Shown here: positions 58,856-64,000 of the stretch, piece after piece | Layout: each line of letters begins with the position of its first letter | How positions within the stretch are numbered: the first letter of the stretch is position 1 | Source of the DNA: Patescibacteria group bacterium | Lineage (GTDB): Bacteria; Patescibacteriota; Patescibacteriia; JACRDY01 | Assembly (NCBI GenBank): GCA_041653535.1 | Contig: JBAZFH010000003.1 | Location: forward strand, 66,771-130,770 | Direction: 5' to 3' | Length of the DNA: 64,000 nucleotides | Translations under genes and position numbers: made by a program | Notes under the pieces: model-generated | Told to the model about the DNA's origin: nothing | Database searches by the model: none | What the model saw: only the letters and a program-made list of their open reading frames with translations

Positions 58856-59395
58856 TTGAGGTTGCTTTATAGAATTATAAAAATTAGTATGATTAAATAT
58901 CAATTTTTCCCAAGGTCAATCGGAGTAAATAAGCAAGTAAAAAAAATTATTGATTGTTTTTTAGCCGTTAATGATAAAATTTGTTCACCAGAGCACACCC
59001 TTTCAAGCAACGAAGTATTGTCGATCCTAAAATTAAAACTAATTAAGGTCTCTATGCGGGTAGAGAAGGGAAAAACCACTGGGTTAAAAATTCCCGTCCC
59101 TGTTTTATTTGGACTTAATAATAAGATTGACCAGCATTTTGACGCCGACGCATTGAGTTCTGACGGAACGATCGTTTTAGAAGTGGAAGCGGGACGAGCG
59201 GTTGATAATTACCAATTTTTAAAAGATATATTTCAAGCCTCTATGATGTATGGTGTCGAATATTTGGTTTTAGCCGTAAGAAATAATTATCGTGGGCATG
59301 ATGATTTTAAAAAAATTTATACTTTTTTAGAAACACTTTATATTAGTAATAGGCTTCATCTTCCATTAAAAGGAGTTTTACTGGTTGGTTATTAG
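58856..59395 (+). CDS. Hypothetical protein with a possible PD-(D/E)xK nuclease-like core, very AT-rich
   Basis: DADALSSDGTIVLEVEAGRAV...YGVEYLVLAV resembles the D...EVK...hydrophobic strand pattern of Hjc/Mrr/Uma2-type nucleases (Lys not conserved). Adjacent to tRNA-Ser. Confidence 0.3.
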   Translation: MRLLYRIIKISMIKYQFFPRSIGVNKQVKKIIDCFLAVNDKICSPEHTLSSNEVLSILKLKLIKVSMRVEKGKTTGLKIPVPVLFGLNNKIDQHFDADALSSDGTIVLEVEAGRAVDNYQFLKDIFQASMMYGVEYLVLAVRNNYRGHDDFKKIYTFLETLYISNRLHLPLKGVLLVGY

Positions 59396-59426
59396 TTTTT
59401 ACAATATAATATTTAAGATAGGATAT

Positions 59427-60011
59427 ATGCCAGTAATTTGTATATTCGGCGATAGCACGGCTTGGGGCGCTTGGGATAAGGAGGATGGAGGGTGGGTAAA
59501 TAGATTGTGGTTGGAACAAGCTGCTAGCGGTGGAAAATCTTGTATTTACAATCTTAGTATATCCGGCGGAACAACGGAAACTATTTTGGAAAGATTTGAA
59601 CGGGAAGCAAAAATCAGGGAAGCGGATATACTTATATTCCAAACCGGTGGAAATGATGCGGCGTACGACAAAGATATTAAAGAGCACTTAGTTTCACCTG
59701 ATAAATTTGAAAAAAACATCCAAGAAATTATTGATTGTGCCAAAAAATTGGTAAAAAATATTGTCTTTGTTGGTTTTAACAATTGCGACGAATCTAAAAC
59801 AACCCCGGTTTCTTGGTGCAATTTATGTTACACTAACGATTTTACCCAAAAGTATAACGGTATAATAAAAAATTTGTGCGACAAAAATGCAGTTAATTTT
59901 ATCGATATTTTTGGTCTACTGCAAAATACTGATCTCGAAGATGGATTGCACCCCAACGCCGCTGGTCATAAAAAGATTTTTGCTGCAGTAAAAGATTCTT
60001 TAAAAAAATAA
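59427..60011 (+). CDS. SGNH/GDSL-family hydrolase
   Basis: Block I IFGDSTAWG, block III GGND, block V DGLHPN. Start set to the internal ATG (MPVICIFGDS). Confidence 0.65.
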   Translation: MPVICIFGDSTAWGAWDKEDGGWVNRLWLEQAASGGKSCIYNLSISGGTTETILERFEREAKIREADILIFQTGGNDAAYDKDIKEHLVSPDKFEKNIQEIIDCAKKLVKNIVFVGFNNCDESKTTPVSWCNLCYTNDFTQKYNGIIKNLCDKNAVNFIDIFGLLQNTDLEDGLHPNAAGHKKIFAAVKDSLKK

Positions 60012-60020
60012 CGTCTTCCT

Positions 60021-60917
60021 ATGAAAAAAACGTTGATCATTTTGGTAGTAATTGTGATTATTTTAATTTTGACGGTGATTGGCGTTAGGATTTTTAGTGG
60101 CGAAGACAATTGGATCTGTGTTGACGGTCAGTGGCAAAAGCATGGTAATCCTAGCGCGGAAAAACCAACAACTGGTTGCGGTACGGAAAATATAAACGAA
60201 GATTTGTCGGATGCCGAGATTAAGGATGTTCAACTGTCAGATATTATTTCTAGTCCGTTAGAGTTTACCGGCCAAGCAAAAGGCAGTTGGTTTTTTGAAT
60301 CTAGTTTTCCAGTCAAAATTATAGATGATAAAGGACAGGAATTAGGCAGCGGTATAGCGACCGCGCAAGGGGATTGGATGACCGAAGATTTTGTTCCCTT
60401 TACTGCCAAAGTTGATTTTAAACATGGTCAAGCCACAAGTGGCTTTGTTGTTCTTAGCAAAGACAATCCCTCGGGACTAGCGGTAAATGACGCCTCAATG
60501 AAAATACCGGTTAATTTTAGCAATCAGGAAAAAATTATAGTTAAGGTTTATTTTGGCAATAATCAGTTTGATCCGCAAGTTTTATGTAATAAAGTTTTTG
60601 CTGTTAATAGGCAAGTGGTTAAAACCGTTGCTACGGCTAGAGTAGCTCTCGATCAACTGTTATCCGGACCAACGACAGAAGAGTTTAATATTGGTTATTT
60701 TACTTCTTTAAATCCTGGTGTTAAGATTCAAAAACTGGAAATTGCTAACGGCGTAGCTTCGGTCGATTTTGACAAAAGCCTAGAGCAAGGTGTCGGCGGA
60801 TCTTGTCGTGTCGCTGCTATCCGTGCTCAGATTACGGAAACGTTGATGCAGTTTCCGACGATTGATAAAGTGGTTATTTCTATTAACGGTCGTGTTGAAG
60901 ATATTTTGCAGCCATGA
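60021..60917 (+). CDS. Membrane-anchored Gmad2 + GerMN domain protein
   Basis: N-terminal TM segment. Ig-like Gmad2 region (PLEFTGQAKGSWFFESSFPVKIID). C-terminal GerMN motif (ARVALDQLLSGPT...ANGVASVDF). Confidence 0.6.
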   Translation: MKKTLIILVVIVIILILTVIGVRIFSGEDNWICVDGQWQKHGNPSAEKPTTGCGTENINEDLSDAEIKDVQLSDIISSPLEFTGQAKGSWFFESSFPVKIIDDKGQELGSGIATAQGDWMTEDFVPFTAKVDFKHGQATSGFVVLSKDNPSGLAVNDASMKIPVNFSNQEKIIVKVYFGNNQFDPQVLCNKVFAVNRQVVKTVATARVALDQLLSGPTTEEFNIGYFTSLNPGVKIQKLEIANGVASVDFDKSLEQGVGGSCRVAAIRAQITETLMQFPTIDKVVISINGRVEDILQP

Positions 60918-60963
60918 AATAAGGCCAGGAGTTTTGAAAAAGTTTAATTAATTAAATTTTTTT

Positions 60964-62760
60964 GTGCTATCATCTATTGATGAAATAAAATCCAAGGTTG
61001 ATATAGTTGATTTACTTTCTGAATACGTGAAACTAAAACAAGCGGGGGTTAATTGGAAGGCAAATTGTCCTTTTCATCATGAAAAAACCCCGTCTTTTAT
61101 GGTTTCGCGTGACAAACAAATTTGGCACTGTTTCGGTTGCGGCGAAGGCGGGGATATTTTTACTTTTGTTCAAAAAATAGAAGGACTGGATTTTTCCGAA
61201 GCTTTGAGTGTGTTAGCTAAAAAAGCCGGAGTGATTTTACAGCACGAAGATCCGTCAATAACTAATCAGCGCACGCGGCTAGTCGATATTAACGATTTGG
61301 CGGCAAGATATTATCATAAGGTTCTACTGGAGTCATCAATAGCGCAGTCTGCGCGTGATTATTTAGCTGCCCGCAGTGTTGATGCCGCTACTATTGATGA
61401 ATGGCAGTTAGGTTATGCTCCAGACAGTTGGGATCAGACTTCTAATTTTTTAAAAAAGAAAGGTTATACTGAGCAAGAAATATTTTTAGCCGGATTATCC
61501 GTACGTAAAGAAAAAGGAGCGGGTTTTTATGATCGTTTCCGCGGTCGTCTGACTTTTCCGATTCGTGACCATAATGGTCGAGTCGTCGGTTTTTCGGCGC
61601 GGACACTTGATCCTGACGCTAAAGAAGCAAAATATGTGAATACGCCGCAAACTCCAATTTTTAACAAAGGGCAACTTTTGTTTGGGTTAGATAAAGCCAA
61701 GCAAGAAATTCGTAAGCAAAAAGTAGCAGTGTTAGTCGAGGGAAATCTTGACGTAATCACTTCTCATCAATACGGAGTAAAAAATGTTATTGCTTCTTGT
61801 GGCACGGCGTTGACTATTGATCATACCAAATTAATCAAACGCTATACTGAAAACCTTTCTCTTTGTTTTGACCCAGATACTGCCGGACAGTTGGCAGCGG
61901 AACGCGGTATTGATATTGCTTTACTGGAAGGTATGAATGTTCGGGTTATTACTTTGCCAGACGGGGAAGATCCGGATAAGTTTATTAAAAATAATAATGC
62001 CGATGTTTGGCGCGCTCGTGTTACCGCTGCCGTACCGGTGATGGACTATTATTTTGACAAAAGTGTTGTGGGAGCTGATATTACTAGGTCGGAAATAAAA
62101 AAAGAGCTCGTGGCAAAATTATTGCCGGTAGTGGCTAAAATTTCCGACCAAGTTTCTCAAGCTCATTGGTTACAGCAGTTGGCTGAAAAATTGTCAATTC
62201 CGGAAAATATTTTGCGGGAGGCTTTGAGCGGTCTGATGCGTAAAATCGTTCCTAGTCGCGATAAAGCCGTGCCGGTTTTACATTCTCAGATGAGTCGCCA
62301 GGAAATGATGAGTGAGCAATTTTTTGCCCTGATGTTTAATTTTCCCGATTTAATGCCACTTGCCGTAGAACGGATAGCCCCTGATGCTTTATTTGGGGAT
62401 AAATCCAAAGACCTTTACACAAGTTTAATAATTTACTATAATAACAACCGCGATAGTTTGACTGGTAAAAACAACCAATTTATGGAAGGTTTTACCTCGT
62501 ATCTTGATAAGGGTCTTGCTGAATATCTAAACCAAATGACCTTATTAATTAGTAAGGATTCAGAAGATATAAATTTTGAACAAGCAAGGGGTGAGATAGT
62601 CAAAATTATAAAAGATCTAAAAAAAGAATATATTAATTCCGAGCTCCAAAAGTTGAGAGAACAAATCAAAATCGCTGAGAAAGCGGGGGATAGCAATGAA
62701 GTCAAAAAATTATCAGAACAATTTTCTTATTTCACTGATCAGCTTTATAATTTAAGTTAG
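60964..62760 (+). CDS. dnaG: DNA primase DnaG (non-ATG start, GTG/TTG)
   Basis: Zinc-binding CPFHHEKTPSF...CFGCG and TOPRIM motifs (EGNLDV, DPDTAG). Confidence 0.85.
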   Translation: MLSSIDEIKSKVDIVDLLSEYVKLKQAGVNWKANCPFHHEKTPSFMVSRDKQIWHCFGCGEGGDIFTFVQKIEGLDFSEALSVLAKKAGVILQHEDPSITNQRTRLVDINDLAARYYHKVLLESSIAQSARDYLAARSVDAATIDEWQLGYAPDSWDQTSNFLKKKGYTEQEIFLAGLSVRKEKGAGFYDRFRGRLTFPIRDHNGRVVGFSARTLDPDAKEAKYVNTPQTPIFNKGQLLFGLDKAKQEIRKQKVAVLVEGNLDVITSHQYGVKNVIASCGTALTIDHTKLIKRYTENLSLCFDPDTAGQLAAERGIDIALLEGMNVRVITLPDGEDPDKFIKNNNADVWRARVTAAVPVMDYYFDKSVVGADITRSEIKKELVAKLLPVVAKISDQVSQAHWLQQLAEKLSIPENILREALSGLMRKIVPSRDKAVPVLHSQMSRQEMMSEQFFALMFNFPDLMPLAVERIAPDALFGDKSKDLYTSLIIYYNNNRDSLTGKNNQFMEGFTSYLDKGLAEYLNQMTLLISKDSEDINFEQARGEIVKIIKDLKKEYINSELQKLREQIKIAEKAGDSNEVKKLSEQFSYFTDQLYNLS

Positions 62761-62851
62761 GTCAATTTTTTTTAATTTTGCCTAAAACAATAAAATTTTT
62801 TAAAGCAGCTGATCACCCTGTTTCTTTTAAAAAAAGGTAATTTTTTAAATT

Positions 62852-64000
62852 ATGGCATTAGCCAAAAAGAAAAACATTAAAAAACTTTCGTTTAAAAAGA
62901 AAGCGGATAGTAAAAAAGTTCATCATGGAAAAAGACGTGATTTGGGCGGTAAAAAATCTATTCATGCTTCCAATGAAACGATAGTGGAGCCAAGTGTCGA
63001 TGTTTTGCGCTCGCTTCTAGCCAAAGGCGCGGCGCGAAATTTTATTACCGAAACTGAGATTTTGCATTTTTTTCCGCAAGTCGAACATTATTTGGATAAA
63101 TATGAAGAGTTTTGGGACAAACTTGATCGAAAAGGAATACAAATAGTTGAGATAAAAGGTGGTCTTTTGGGACGGAGCAAAAGGGAAAATCGCGAAAAAG
63201 TTTTGGGCGAAGTAATGTCCGATGTTGACGAATCTCGAAGGATTGATCTTTCGGAAATTTCGGCAGATTCGATCCAAATGTATTTACGAGAAATCGGCAA
63301 AGTGCCGCTGCTTACTTCGGAAGAAGAGGTGGCATTAGCTAAAAGAAAAGAGAGAAACGACAAAGAAGCGGAAAAAAGATTAATTGAAGCCAATTTACGT
63401 TTAGTAGTTTCGATTGCCAAAAAATTTGTGGGCAAGAGTTTGTCGTTGGCAGATTTGATCCAAGAGGGTAATATTGGTCTTTTTCGGGCAGTAGAAAAAT
63501 TTGAATATCGTAAGGGCTATAAATTTTCTACTTATGCTACTTGGTGGATTCGTCAGGCTATTACCCGCGCACTAGCCGATCAGTCACGTACTATTCGTAT
63601 TCCTGTTCACATGGTGGAAACGATTAATAAATTTCAGCAGGTGGAGCGTCAGTTGATTCAAGACCTCGGTCGCGAGCCGTTACCAGAGGAAATCGCCGCA
63701 GAAATGGGTGAGGATCTTGACAAAGTTCGCCATATCATTAAAATATCGCAAGACACTATTTCGTTGGAAACGTCAGTTGGCGATGATGACGAAGATAGTA
63801 CGCTTGAGCAGTTTATCGAAGATGTCAAAAATATTACACCGGATCGTTCCGCTGCGTTGCAATTATTACGTGATTATGTAAAAGAAACCATTCGTGATTT
63901 GTCACCGCGTGAGCAAAAAATATTAGAAATGCGTTTCGGGCTAGTTGATGGCGTGTCGCATACTTTGGAAGAAGTCGGACAGGAATTTGACGTTACCCGT
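62852..64000 (+). CDS. rpoD: RNA polymerase sigma factor RpoD (sigma-70), 3'-partial at the window end
   Basis: Region 1.2/2 motifs ([59 protein letters not shown]). Not in the ORF track because no stop occurs before position 64000. Confidence 0.85.
   Translation, partial: MALAKKKNIKKLSFKKKADSKKVHHGKRRDLGGKKSIHASNETIVEPSVDVLRSLLAKGAARNFITETEILHFFPQVEHYLDKYEEFWDKLDRKGIQIVEIKGGLLGRSKRENREKVLGEVMSDVDESRRIDLSEISADSIQMYLREIGKVPLLTSEEEVALAKRKERNDKEAEKRLIEANLRLVVSIAKKFVGKSLSLADLIQEGNIGLFRAVEKFEYRKGYKFSTYATWWIRQAITRALADQSRTIRIPVHMVETINKFQQVERQLIQDLGREPLPEEIAAEMGEDLDKVRHIIKISQDTISLETSVGDDDEDSTLEQFIEDVKNITPDRSAALQLLRDYVKETIRDLSPREQKILEMRFGLVDGVSHTLEEVGQEFDVTR

Overview
This 64-kb window is an AT-rich, gene-dense bacterial chromosome segment, roughly 38-42% GC, with several short blocks nearer 50% GC. 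All conserved genes read full length under the standard genetic code (TGA is not a sense codon). The gene content points to a small-genome Candidate Phyla Radiation (Patescibacteria)-like organism, but that is inference from content alone. The supporting content is almost no metabolism, a large type IV pilus cluster, a 1549-aa beta-helix surface protein, DUF3467, and many small hypothetical membrane proteins.

Gene order:
- A 5'-partial zinc-ribbon gene, rplY and a DUF3048 protein.
- prfA-prmC and rpmE on the minus strand.
- A TetR regulator with a MacAB-like tripartite efflux operon (periplasmic adaptor, ABC ATPase, two FtsX permeases).
- A CIRCE-controlled heat-shock locus: hrcA, grpE, hsp20, an antisense small ORF, dnaK, a short degenerate pyrophosphatase-like gene, DUF3467 and dnaJ.
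- Two GC-richer minus-strand hypothetical genes, then dnaX.
- tRNA-Gln(CUG) followed by a 65-bp direct repeat of its 3' end.
- A membrane metallophosphoesterase and a DUF2202-like lipoprotein.
- A GC-richer minus-strand pair whose upstream member is a 374-aa T4 Rnl1-family RNA ligase.
- corA, a PfkB kinase, an ADP-forming acyl-CoA synthetase, murJ, a GC-rich small lipoprotein and lepA.
- A GC-rich zinc-ribbon plus PPDDPR-repeat gene pair.
- recJ, rnhA and the 1549-aa beta-helix protein.
- A 13-gene type IV pilus cluster: pilM, pilN, pilO, pilB, a receiver-domain gene, pilC, a pilin, pilD and four minor pilins.
- ligA, gatC, gatA and three surface or thioredoxin-like proteins.
- tRNA-Ser(GGA), followed by an AT-rich islet with a nuclease-fold ORF and an SGNH hydrolase.
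- A GerMN protein, dnaG and the 5' part of rpoD.

I found no rRNA, CRISPR array or transposase.

The most notable non-genic feature is a family of short 7-8-bp tandem repeats immediately after stop codons, including GGAGGATA, GGTAGTT and CCTAACCT. Most of these place TAG or TAA in all three reading frames and pair with a pyrimidine-rich partner arm to give hairpin potential.
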